Shown piece by piece: positions 1-10,026 of a stretch of DNA of 64,000 bases (positions are counted from its first letter, which is position 1; each line of letters begins with the position of its first letter). The notes below the pieces were generated by a model. The model was not told the origin of the DNA. It saw only the letters and a program-made list of their open reading frames with translations, and searched no databases. Made by a program: the position numbers and the translations under genes. The stretch spans positions 1 through 64,000 of the forward strand of contig CAXXTH010000017.1 of assembly GCA_963668025.2 (NCBI GenBank), written 5' to 3'. Source of the DNA: Candidatus Hydrogenedentota bacterium. Lineage in GTDB: Bacteria > Hydrogenedentota > Hydrogenedentia > Hydrogenedentales > SLHB01.

Positions 1-538
1 AGGCCGGCGACGCCGGCACCGATGACGAGCACCCGGGCCGGGCGGATGGTCCCGGCGGCGGTGGTGAGCATCGGGAAAAATTTGGTACAGCGGGCGGCGG
101 CGATCAGGCCGCACTGGTAGCCGGCACAGGCACCTTGCGAGGACAGGGCATCCATGCTCTGGGCGCGCGAGATACGCGGCAGGAGTTCCAGCGAGAAGGC
201 AGTGATCTTGCGGGCGTTCAGGGCGGCCAGGCGTTCCTTCGACTCGAACGGCTTGAGCAGACCGATCAGGATGGAACCTTCGGGCAGCGAAGCAATCTCG
301 CCAAGACTCGGCGGGGTGACGCGGAGAATGAGATCAGCCGCAGCGTAGGCTTCCACCGGACGGGCATGAAATCGACGTCGGTGTAGTCCGAATCGAGAAA
401 ATGACTCTGGATGCCGGAGCTTTGTTCCATGCGGAGTCGGGCGCCGAGAGCGGCAAATTTCTTGGCTGTCTCGGGAGAGAGCGCGGTACGGCTTTCGCCT
501 TCCGCGCTTTCGCGAGCAACCGCCAGGGTCAGCGGCAT
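1..538 (-). CDS. pntA: NAD(P) transhydrogenase subunit alpha (part 1); runs off the left edge, one frameshift near 360
   Basis: N-terminus MPLTLAVARESAEGESRTALSPETAKK; after the shift it reads ...LELLPRISRAQSMDALSSQ...FFPMLTTAAGTIRPARVLVIGAGVAGL (PntA signature and Rossmann GxGxxG). Confidence 0.9.
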
Positions 539-696
539 TGAAGTTCTCCTAGAGGGGTTGATTTGAATATTGCGTGCATCGCTGCCGATAGCTGGGTATC
601 GGTCATTGTTCTATTAATGCGCTTGGGCGAAAGATAAGTGATTTGTTATGACGTGAGTAGTCAGAGTTTCTGATCGTTGATTCAGCAATGCTTTAA

Positions 697-2476
697 CTAT
701 TGGCCATCTGCCATCGTTGTCCCGGCATTGATGAAGCGCAGTTCCTGCGGGTAAGGGAAAAAGTCTTCGACATGGCCGCTGCGGATTTTTTCCTGGGCGC
801 CTTGCCAGAACCTGGGGCTGAGCAAATCCTTGTGATGTTTCATGAAAATCTTGCGGACCTGCGGCGAAGTGAGCAGGAAAGTGGCGAACTCTTCCGGGAA
901 AACGTCGTTTCTGGCGACCGGGGTACCAGATTTCGCCGGACATTTCCGTTTCGAAGTCCGGGGCTGGCGGGGATCTGACGGAAGTTGATGTCGGTCATGT
1001 ATTCGATTTCGTCGTAGTCGTAGAAAACGACCCGGCCGAAACGGGTGACACCGAAATTTTTCCACAGCATGTCACCCGGGAAGATGTTGGCCTGGGCCAT
1101 TTCGCGGATGGCGCTACCGTATTCGCGGATGACGTGTTCCAGCCCTTCGACGTTGTTGGAGCGCTCCATCCGGTCGAGGTGGATATTGAGCGGCTCCATC
1201 CGGCGCTCAATATAGAGGTGTTTGATGATCAACTGGTCGCCATCGACTTCGAAGCAGGAAGGGGCCAGTTGTTGCAGTTCGGCCAGCACCTCGTCGTCGA
1301 AGCGCTTCAACGGGAACAGCACGTTGGAGAACTCCAGCGTATCGGCCATCCGCCCGACACGGTCGACCTGCTTGACCATCATGAATTTCTTTTTGACGGT
1401 GGCGCGGTCCATCTCCTTGGAGCTACCGAAAACGTCCTTGATCAGCTTGAAGACGTAAGGGTAGGACGGCAGCGTGAAGACCAGCATGACCAGGCCGCGG
1501 ATGCCGGCGCCATGATGAATTTATCTTCCGAATGGTGCAGGTGATAAATGAAGTCGCGGAAAGAACATGGTTTTACCCTGCTTGCCAAGGCCGAGCATGA
1601 TGTACAGCTCGGAGCGCGGCTTGGCGGGCAGGATGGAGCGCAGGAACTGCACGTAGCCGGACGGCACTTCCATGTCGACCATGAAATAGGCGCGCGACAG
1701 TGAGAAGAGCAGGCCGATCCGCCAAGCATCGAGCAGTATGGTGTCGAGGTAGAGCTTGGCGTCCTCGTTTTGCAATACCGGATGGCGAAGGGGTATTCGG
1801 CCGCGCCATTGATCGCCTTGCCGATGATGTAGGCGGCCTTGTTGCGATAAAAGGCGGAGCCAAGGACCTGAATCTGGAAATTGACTTCACGGCGCGGCAT
1901 GCCCTTCAGGAAGTCATGAACTGCCTGATAAACGTAGTCGACATCGCGCGCAAGATCGTCAAACGGCCGGTGCCATTGGAAATCCTCGACGATCTTGCGA
2001 ACCGCGCCACGCAGGCCGTCATCCTTGGCGTAATAACTGCGATAGGTCTGGGTCTCGTCACCCTCGATGTTTTCGGTGGAAATGCTCGGCCGAACAAAGA
2101 TGAAATCGTTGTGGAAATAATTGCGGTGCAGGATCTTGGTCGTCACCGAGTGAAGAGGTCTCGGCCAGTTCCGGCTGCTTGTGATTGAGCAGCAGCCCGA
2201 TATAGAGCAGCTTGACCTGCTGCCAGGTAGTGTCGTCGATCGAGGCGGCATCGAACTCGTTGCGCAGGCGCTCGACGCATTCATCGACCCGGTCATCGTA
2301 AAAGCGGATGCGCTCCTTGACGGCCTTGTGCACGCCCAGCCAGTCAGCCTGCTCGAACCGGTTTTCGCTTCACGGCTGGTCTGGCGGAACAGCGTGTAAT
2401 GCTTGTTGAAGCCTGAATCATGGCCAGGGCGATCTGGTGTGCGTTGGTGCCGTAGAGGCCGACGAGGATATTTCAT
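697..2476 (-). CDS. aceK: Isocitrate dehydrogenase kinase/phosphatase, broken by at least 7 frameshifts (probably sequence errors)
   Basis: AceK motifs spread over frames: [98 protein letters not shown]. Confidence 0.93.
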
Positions 2477-2690
2477 GGTCGAAAAGCCTGAGTTCAGCGG
2501 CAAATATTAGCACCAGCGAATAGCGTCGATGTGCATGAATTTGCAGCGAAATCGCATGTGAAAAGGCATTTCGTTGACTGAGATGGAACAGGGGTTGATA
2601 CTCTCAATGTTTTGCTTCAGCAAACCGGTTCACAAAGGGCCGAGCGTTACCCTCGGCTCCAAAAATTCAATCCAACGCAAGGGGATATTC

Positions 2691-4003
2691 ATGGCTGGTG
2701 GAAAGTCGAAAATCATTTACACGCTGACCGATGAGGCGCCGCTGCTGGCGACTTGTGCATTTTTGCCGATCATCCGCACCTTCACCGGTCCGGCCGGCAT
2801 CGAGATCGAAAAGGCCGACATCTCCGTGTCCGCCCGCGTTCTCTCCGAATTCTCCGATTTCCTGACCGACGAGCAGAAGGTTCCCAATACGCTGGGCGAA
2901 CTGGGCAAAAAGTGCCTGCTGCCGGAAACCAATATCATCAAGCTGCCGAATATTTCGGCCTCCGTTGCCCAGCTCAAGGCCTGCGTCAAGAATTGCAGGA
3001 AAAGGGGCTATGCCCATCCCCGATTACCCGGAAACCACCAATACCGACGAAGAGAAAGCCCTCAAGGCCCGCTTCGGCAAGTGCATTGGTTCCGCCGTCA
3101 ATCCGGTGCTGCGCGAAGGTAACTCCGATCGCCGCGCCCCGGGGGCTGTCAAGAATTACGCCAAGAAGCGTCCGCACTCGATGGGTGAATGGAAGCAGTG
3201 GTCGCAGACCCACGTTTCCCACATGGAACACGGTGACTTCTACCACGGCGAAAAGTCGCTGACCCTCGACAAGCCGCGCGAAGTGCGCATGGAACTGATC
3301 GCCAAGGGCGGCAAGACCACCGTATTGAAGCCGAAGCTCTCCCTGCTCGAAGGCGAAATCATCGATTCGATGTTCATGAGCAAGAAGGCGCTCTGCGACT
3401 TCTACGAAGCCCAGCTCGAAGACTGCCGCGAAGCCGGCATCCTCTTCTCGCTGCACGTCAAGGCTACGATGATGAAGGTTTCGCACCCCATCGTCTTCGG
3501 CCACTGCGTCAAGATCTACTACAAGGAAGCCTTCGAAAAGCACGGCAAGACCTTCGACGAGCTCGGCATCAACGTCAATAATGGCATGGTCGATCTGTAC
3601 GAGAAGATCAAGCAGCTGCCGGAATCCAAGCGCGACGAAATCATCCGCGACCTGCACGCCTGTCAGGAACACCGTCCGCGTCTGGCCATGGTCGATTCGG
3701 CCAAGGGCATCACCAACTTCCATTCGCCGAACGACATCATTGTCGACGCTTCCATGCCGGCCATGATCCGTCAGGGCGGCAAGATGTGGGGCGCCGACGG
3801 CAAGCCGTACGACTCCAAGTGCGTCATGCCGGAATCGACCTTCGCCCGCATCTATCAGGAGATGATCAACTTCGTCAAATGGCATGGCAACTTCGATCCG
3901 AAGACCATGGGCACCGTCCCGAACGTCGGTCTGATGGCCCAGCAGGCCGAAGAATACGGCTCGCACGACAAGACCTTCGAAATCACCGAAGCCGGCATCG
4001 TGG
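2691..4003 (+). CDS. icd: Monomeric-type NADP-dependent isocitrate dehydrogenase; frameshift ~3000, truncated at ~4000
   Basis: [81 protein letters not shown]; only ~435 of the usual ~740 aa are present. Confidence 0.93.
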
Positions 4004-5569
4004 GGCGAAGCAGGCCTCGATAGTCCCAGTATCGAGTCGCGATGGGAAGTGTCCGGGCCGCTCGAGATCAATTGCCTTGCATGCCACAACGCCGAGCCTT
4101 CGCAGAATATGACCGAATGGACCATCCAGATCGCCCGCCAGAATTTCCAGTGGGCGGCCACGGCCGCGAGCGGGCTAGGCATCGTGCGCGGAACGGCTTC
4201 CGAGTTGCCGGAGACATACGATCCGTATAACGGCTTGGGCGCGAACAACGAATGGCTGACGGAACCGGGCGTTTCGTACGACGCTTCGAAATTCGATGCG
4301 AAAGGCCGCGTCTTCTTCAATCTCACCCGCGCTGTTCCGAATGAACGCTGCGCGTATTGCCATTCGAGCGCCTGGAATGGGGAAGAGGCGTGGAACACGG
4401 ACCAGGATGTCCATCTCCAGGCGGGCCTGAGCTGCACGGATTGCCACCGCAACGCCCTCGATCACCAAATCACGCGCGGTTATGAAGGCGAAGCCGCCAT
4501 GCGCGGCGGCGCGCCCGCTTCCTTATCCTGCCGGGGCTGCCACCTCGGAGATGAAGCGGACACCTCGTCCAATGGCATGGGCGGGCGGCTCGGCGCGCCG
4601 AAACCCAAGCACCTCGGATTGCCCGCCTTTCACCTTGACCGCTTGTCTTGCACGGCGTGCCATTCAGGCCCGTGGCCTGGTGCGAAAACGGGCGTGATGC
4701 GCACTTCCCGCGCCAACCGGCTCGGTATTCATGGCAAGGCGCAATGGGACACGGAGCTCCCGCGCATCGCCTCGCCGGTCTTCGCCAAGCAAGAGAACGG
4801 CATCATCGAAGCATGCAACATGGTGTGGCCCGCGTTTTGGGGCGTGATGCGCGGCGATAAAATGACTCCACTGCTCCCGGAACAAGTGAAGCCCGTGCTG
4901 GAAGGCGTAATACAGGCGTCCCTCCTAGCGGTGGCGGAGAGCGTCCAAACGGCAGCAGTGGATGCGCCTGCCGCTGCAGAAACACCTGAAACCGAAGCAC
5001 AGGCTGCGCCCGCATCCGAACCTGCCGCGCCCGCACCTGCGCCTGCGCCAAGCCTGGACGAGGCGATGATCGCCCATATGCTTACGGCGTTAAGCCAGCC
5101 GGGGACACTGGATGGAACGCCCGTATATGTAGCTGGGGGCATGCTGTACCAGTTGCGTGATGGCCAGTTGGACGCATCGAGCCATCCCGCCGCACAGCCC
5201 TATTCGTGGCCCCTCAGCCATGACGTACGCCCGGCGTCGCAGGCCCTCGGCAGCGGAGGCTGCACCGATTGCCATGGAGCCGATAGCGGCTTCTTCATGG
5301 GAACGGTCAAGCCCATGCCGCCTGGCGTGATACAAGCCACGTCCGATACGCCCATGTATGCGCTTCAAGGCTCCACGGAGCCGCTCGTGAACGCCTGGAA
5401 CCAGCAGATGGCGTTGCGGCCTTATTACCTGGCGGCGGACGCGCTGGTGTGCATTTTCCTGGCCCTGGGCCTCGCCATATATGGGTACAGGGGAATCGAG
5501 CGCTTCGCGCGTGCGCGAACGGTTCAGGCCGGGGCTCGGTTTTCGGGTTCCGGGTCTCGTAATGAATAG
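4004..5569 (+). CDS. Multiheme c-type cytochrome with C-terminal membrane anchor; N-terminus missing
   Basis: Six CxxCH motifs (CLACH, CAYCH, CTDCH, CRGCH, CTACH, CTDCH), Pro/Ala linker, C-terminal TM helix; frame is open upstream of GTG 4049 with no signal peptide or RBS. Confidence 0.85.
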   Translation, partial: GEAGLDSPSIESRWEVSGPLEINCLACHNAEPSQNMTEWTIQIARQNFQWAATAASGLGIVRGTASELPETYDPYNGLGANNEWLTEPGVSYDASKFDAKGRVFFNLTRAVPNERCAYCHSSAWNGEEAWNTDQDVHLQAGLSCTDCHRNALDHQITRGYEGEAAMRGGAPASLSCRGCHLGDEADTSSNGMGGRLGAPKPKHLGLPAFHLDRLSCTACHSGPWPGAKTGVMRTSRANRLGIHGKAQWDTELPRIASPVFAKQENGIIEACNMVWPAFWGVMRGDKMTPLLPEQVKPVLEGVIQASLLAVAESVQTAAVDAPAAAETPETEAQAAPASEPAAPAPAPAPSLDEAMIAHMLTALSQPGTLDGTPVYVAGGMLYQLRDGQLDASSHPAAQPYSWPLSHDVRPASQALGSGGCTDCHGADSGFFMGTVKPMPPGVIQATSDTPMYALQGSTEPLVNAWNQQMALRPYYLAADALVCIFLALGLAIYGYRGIERFARARTVQAGARFSGSGSRNE

Positions 5570-5704
5570 CTGAAATCGACGGATGACCGGCGAGGGCGCC
5601 GGTTATATTTATACTGGGTCATTTCCGCGAAAGGGGATTTCCAAAAAAAAGAATTGGCAAGCCAAAACACGGAAATACTGGTGAAATGCGCCAAAGAGAA
5701 CAAG

Positions 5705-5790
5705 AAAGCGGTAGCAAGCTACCGCACTCCACATGCGCTCTAAGTCTTTTTTTTGAAACTATTTGGAGTGCGGCAGCTTGCTGCCGCTTT
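5705..5790. repeat. Inverted REP pair (REPIN-like)
   Basis: AAAGCGGTAGCAAGCTACCGCACTCCA (5705-5731) and TGGAGTGCGGCAGCTTGCTGCCGCTTT (5764-5790) are near-perfect reverse complements, each an internal palindrome. Confidence 0.75.
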
Positions 5791-6020
5791 GGGCGTGCGG
5801 ATTTCGTTTGGATGCCTGTTTTCGGCTTTACCGCGATGTAGATTCACACAGGGCGCATTTTTGGAAAGCCCCGTTCGCGAAGATGACGATAACGTGCGTT
5901 TGATACGACAATAAAGGATTTTCGCCTTTTGCACACACCCAACGGGTGATCGAACATGACCGCGAACGCGGCGCAGGTATTTGTGCCTATTGTTCGGCGA
6001 TTGGGGAGGAACACAGAGGC

Positions 6021-6755
6021 ATGTTTCGTGAAATAAGCGCCATCATGCTGGCTGCGGCGGTTGCAGCCGTAGTGCTGCATTTTACGCTGTTCAACTGGCG
6101 GCGTCCCAAACCCGCCCTTGGCCCCGCCACGATGCGCCGGTTCAGCCTATGGGAACGCGGCGCGCACTTGCTCTTGATTGCGTCGCTCTTCACAGTAGCG
6201 TTGACCGGATTCATTCCCGTGTTGGGATGGGATGGCCCGCTCAGCGGCTGGTGGCGGCTAGCGCATGTGGCGGCTGGCCTGTTGCTGGGCCTCGCATTCA
6301 TGCCCATGATCACGTTGTGGGCCGCGGATAGCCGTTTTGAACCATATGACATGGGGTGGTTCATGCGGATGGGCGGTTATCTGGGCGGAAAGAACGAACC
6401 GCCTGCGGGCCGGTTCAACGCGGGCCAGAAAGTATTTTTCTGGATGGCGGCGTTGCTCGGGCTCGCCGTGCTGGCCACGGGATTCGTGCGGATGTATCCC
6501 CTCTTCGACGCGGGAATACAAGACATGGTATTGTACGTGCATCGGTATTGCGCGCTGTTGTTCGGCGCGATGATCATCGTGCATGTCTATCTGGGAACGA
6601 TTGCTTCGCCTGGAACACTGCGCAGCATGCTTCTTGGCAAAGTAAGCCCTGAATGGGCGAAACAACACCATCCCATATGGTTTGAACGTGCGCAAATCGC
6701 GCCACCAACAGAAATGGAGCCTTCCCCCGCTTCCATAGGAGATCCTCACTCATGA
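6021..6755 (+). CDS. Formate dehydrogenase gamma-subunit-like (FdnI/FdoI) di-heme cytochrome b
   Basis: RRFSLWERGAH, RLAH, PPAGRFNAGQKVFFW, VH..IVHVYLG, WAKQHHPIWF; RBS GGGGAGGA before ATG 6021. Confidence 0.88.
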   Translation: MFREISAIMLAAAVAAVVLHFTLFNWRRPKPALGPATMRRFSLWERGAHLLLIASLFTVALTGFIPVLGWDGPLSGWWRLAHVAAGLLLGLAFMPMITLWAADSRFEPYDMGWFMRMGGYLGGKNEPPAGRFNAGQKVFFWMAALLGLAVLATGFVRMYPLFDAGIQDMVLYVHRYCALLFGAMIIVHVYLGTIASPGTLRSMLLGKVSPEWAKQHHPIWFERAQIAPPTEMEPSPASIGDPHS

Positions 6756-7465
6756 AACACGCATGCTATCTAGCCGCCATCCTGTTCTTGTTCGCCGCCG
6801 CATCCGCCATGGCGCAAGATGCCGCCGCGCCGGCTGCACCGCAGGCCGCCGCCCCCGCCGCCCAGGAACAACTCGCCCCCGTCAAAATCGCCTTGCCAAA
6901 GCCCATGTTCATCGGCACGCCGAAGAACATCGCATCGGATAATCTGGAGGAGCCCACCGGCAAGCCGCGCGAACCGTTCATGGCCCCCGTGGGAACCACG
7001 AACGTGGCGCTGAACAAACCGGTGACGGCCAGCGACACGGAACCCGTTATCGGCGAACCGGCGCTCATCACGGACGGCGATAAAGATGGAAGCGATGGCT
7101 GCTTCATCGAATTCGGCCCGGGCACGCAATGGATTCAAATCGATTTGGGCGCGCCTTGCTCCCTGTACGCCATCGTCTTGTGGCATTATCATTCCCAAGC
7201 GCGGGTATACCACGATGTCGTGCTCCAGGCTGCCGATGACGACAAGTTCACGCAAAATGTCCGCACGCTCTTCAATAACGACCACGACAACTCTTCGAGC
7301 CTTGGCGCAGGCAAGGACAAGGAATATGTCGAGACCTACGAGGGCAAACTGGTGGACGCCAAAGGGGCGAAGGCCCGGTATATCCGCTTGTACAGCAAAG
7401 GCAACACCTCGGACGATTTGAACCACTACGTGGAGGTGGAGGCTTACGGAAAGCTTGCGGAATAG
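6752..7465 (+). CDS. Secreted discoidin (F5/8 type C)-domain protein
   Basis: Sec signal peptide, NVALNKPVTAS, TDGD, WIQIDLG, ARYIRLYS, YVEVEAYG; ATGA overlap with the upstream stop. Confidence 0.8.
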   Translation: MKHACYLAAILFLFAAASAMAQDAAAPAAPQAAAPAAQEQLAPVKIALPKPMFIGTPKNIASDNLEEPTGKPREPFMAPVGTTNVALNKPVTASDTEPVIGEPALITDGDKDGSDGCFIEFGPGTQWIQIDLGAPCSLYAIVLWHYHSQARVYHDVVLQAADDDKFTQNVRTLFNNDHDNSSSLGAGKDKEYVETYEGKLVDAKGAKARYIRLYSKGNTSDDLNHYVEVEAYGKLAE

Positions 7466-8999
7466 GCCTTCCGCTCGTTTTCACGGAGCGCTGTTGGCCG
7501 TTGCGGTATTCGCCCTCGTGTCACGGCTGCCCGCTCTCCGGGAGCGACCGATGCACTGCGATGAAGCCGTGCATGCCGTCAAGACCGGGATGTTGATGGA
7601 GTCTGGGGTCTATACGTATGACCCCAGCGATTACCACGGCCCAACGCTCTATTACTGCGCCCTGCCTATCGCATGGCTCCAGGGCGCGCGCACCTTCGCG
7701 GAAACGAATGAAACCACTTTTCGCCTCGTGCCGGTTATCTTCGGCGCGGGGCTGATTCTTTTAGCGGTGGGCCTGGCCGATGGCATCGGAAAATCCGCCG
7801 TGCTTGCATCCGCCGTGCTCGCGGCGGTTTCACCCGCCATGACGTACTATGGACGCTACTATATCCAGGAAATGCTACTCGTCTTTTTCACGTTCGCGGC
7901 CATCGTGTCAGGCTGGCGCTATGCACGGACGCCGTCTTGGAGATGGGCCATCGCGGCGGGCGTTTTTCTCGGGCTTTCCCATGCCACAAAAGAGACTTGT
8001 GTGCTCACCTGGGCGGCCATGCTGGGCGGGATCATATTGACCAAGCTCTGGCTTCACCACCGGGGGGAACCGTGGAACTGGCGCAGTGGAATTCAACGAA
8101 AACATGTATTCGCGGCGCTGGCGGCCTTGCTGCTGGTTTCGGCGGCATGCATGTCTATGTGCTTCACCCAGCCGCGCGGCATCTTGGATTCGTGGCTCAC
8201 GTATGCCCATTATTTCCAGCGCGCCGGGGGCGCGGGAATGCATGACAAGCCTTGGTATTATTACCTGCAATTGGTGCTATATACGCACAACGCCCCCGGA
8301 CCGTGGTGGAGCGAGGGATTCATCGTAGCGCTCGCGGGAATTGGAATTTCGGCTGGGCTCAGGCGAACAGCGGCGCAACCCTTATGGTGTTTCTTGGCCT
8401 TTTATGCCATGCTGCTTCTACTGTTCTATTCGCTCATTCCGTATAAAACGCCTTGGTGCGTACTAGGGCCGCTCCATGCTCTTATCATACTAGCGGGCGT
8501 GGGGTGTGCCGTATTGTTCCAACTCACCCGGCGGACGTGGCTCAGGGCCGTATTGGCGTTGCTGCTTGGTATCAGTGTATGGAATCTCAGCCAGCAGGCG
8601 CACCGCGCCGCGTTTCAATTCGCCAGCGATCCACGCAATCCGTATGTATATGCCCATACCTCGCCGGATGCGGCGCATCTCGCGGAGCGTGTGCTCAAAC
8701 TCGCCCGCATGCATCCAGATGGCCTGGATACACGGGTCAATGTGATTGCGCCAGAGTATTGGCCGCTGCCTTGGTATTTCCGCACACTGCGTGCTACAGG
8801 GTATTGGAACGCCGTACCGGAAACGCCCGATGCGCCAATTCTCATCACCAGCCCCGATTTCACGGCGGAATTAGACGATCATCTGATCCACCAGTATCAA
8901 AAAAGCTACTATGGATTGCGTCCCGGCGTTCTGCTCGTGTTGTATGTCGAGGAGAATTTGTGGAACGCCTTTCTGGAACGCCAGGAGGCGGCTACGTGA
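7455..8999 (+). CDS. TIGR03663/Agl23-like GT-C membrane glycosyltransferase
   Basis: RPMHCDEAVHA, YDPSDYHGPTLYY, RYYIQE, HATKE, HDKPWYYY, YKTPW, NPYVYAHT, YWPLPWY; many TM helices. Confidence 0.82.
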   Translation: MRNRPSARFHGALLAVAVFALVSRLPALRERPMHCDEAVHAVKTGMLMESGVYTYDPSDYHGPTLYYCALPIAWLQGARTFAETNETTFRLVPVIFGAGLILLAVGLADGIGKSAVLASAVLAAVSPAMTYYGRYYIQEMLLVFFTFAAIVSGWRYARTPSWRWAIAAGVFLGLSHATKETCVLTWAAMLGGIILTKLWLHHRGEPWNWRSGIQRKHVFAALAALLLVSAACMSMCFTQPRGILDSWLTYAHYFQRAGGAGMHDKPWYYYLQLVLYTHNAPGPWWSEGFIVALAGIGISAGLRRTAAQPLWCFLAFYAMLLLLFYSLIPYKTPWCVLGPLHALIILAGVGCAVLFQLTRRTWLRAVLALLLGISVWNLSQQAHRAAFQFASDPRNPYVYAHTSPDAAHLAERVLKLARMHPDGLDTRVNVIAPEYWPLPWYFRTLRATGYWNAVPETPDAPILITSPDFTAELDDHLIHQYQKSYYGLRPGVLLVLYVEENLWNAFLERQEAAT

Positions 9000-9856
9000 C
9001 ACAGGCGGACGACTCGAAAGGCGATGCCATCGCCCGGTTCACCCACGACGTGATGTCCACCACGTTTCAAGTGCATATCGCGGGCGAATCCCAGGCGTAT
9101 GCACGATCCGCCGCCACGGAGGTCTTTCGGCTCTGGGACCGGCTGGAAGGATTGCTCAGCCGTTTCGTCGAGTATAGCGACATCTCACGCATCAACCGCC
9201 TGCGGTGCGGCGAGGCCGCACGCGTGGGCATCGAGGCCTTCACCTGCCTGCAAACCGCCGCCGCCATGGCCACGGAAACCGGCGGCGCATTTGACGCCGC
9301 CATTGGAAGCCTGACCAAGGGCGGCAGAGGAAACGGGGCAGACGCCGCCGTAGGCATGCATTATGTCGCGCTGGATGAATCGGCCTTCACTGTGCGGATA
9401 TTAGCGGAGGGCATCGAACTCGACCTAGGCGGCATCGGCAAAGGATTCGCCCTGGATCAGGCCGCTGCCCTGCTCGACGAATGGGGTGTGGATTCCGCTT
9501 TGCTCTGTGCAAGCGAAAGCACCGTGCTCGCGCTGGGAGCGCCGCCGTGCCAGCAAGGCTGGCGGGTGGGGATCGGCGGACAACCAGCTTGGCTCACTCA
9601 CCGGGCATTGAGCGGCTCGGGCGTGGCGGTGAAAGGCGGACATATCATAGACCCGCACACGCGCCAGCCCGTTCAGGATAAAGCCGCCGCATGGGCGGCT
9701 TGCACCAGCGCCACCGAAGCGGACGCCTTATCGACGGCGTTCATGGTGATGCCGCCTGGCCGGATTAAAACATATTGCCGCGCCCACCCGGAAGTGAGCG
9801 CGGCAATACAGATATCAGAAGGCGGTGTATTCACTTATTTTGGCCGCCCATTTTAG
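8996..9856 (+). CDS. apbE: FAD:protein FMN transferase (ApbE family)
   Basis: MSTTF, SDISRIN, GAFDAAIGSL, LDLGGIGKGFALD, HIIDPHT, ADALSTAFMVM; GTG start overlaps the upstream TGA. Confidence 0.9.
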   Translation: MTQADDSKGDAIARFTHDVMSTTFQVHIAGESQAYARSAATEVFRLWDRLEGLLSRFVEYSDISRINRLRCGEAARVGIEAFTCLQTAAAMATETGGAFDAAIGSLTKGGRGNGADAAVGMHYVALDESAFTVRILAEGIELDLGGIGKGFALDQAAALLDEWGVDSALLCASESTVLALGAPPCQQGWRVGIGGQPAWLTHRALSGSGVAVKGGHIIDPHTRQPVQDKAAAWAACTSATEADALSTAFMVMPPGRIKTYCRAHPEVSAAIQISEGGVFTYFGRPF

Positions 9857-10026
9857 TTGCCGCTCCGCATGCCTATGGGGCATACCCGCGAAAGCGAGGC
9901 CCCAAAAGAAACGCCCTGGATTCCCGCTATCGCGGAAATGACAGAGCGTTCGTACATTAAGTAATATGCGACGCCTTACATCAATTGCTCAAAAAACATG
10001 GCTCCCGTATTCTGTTCCCGTTTTAT

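Noticed and set aside
1-4000. Programmed frameshifting or true pseudogenisation of pntA, aceK and icd
   Set aside because: Indels affect all three conserved genes while the residues stay intact; low-coverage read error is the simpler explanation.
2986-4452. 488-aa minus-strand ORF crossing the junction
   Set aside because: Antisense shadow of icd and the cytochrome caused by GC-rich codon bias.
8453-8995. N-terminal extension of ApbE in the ORF track
   Set aside because: It overlaps the TIGR03663 gene out of frame; GTG 8996 gives a normal coupled start.
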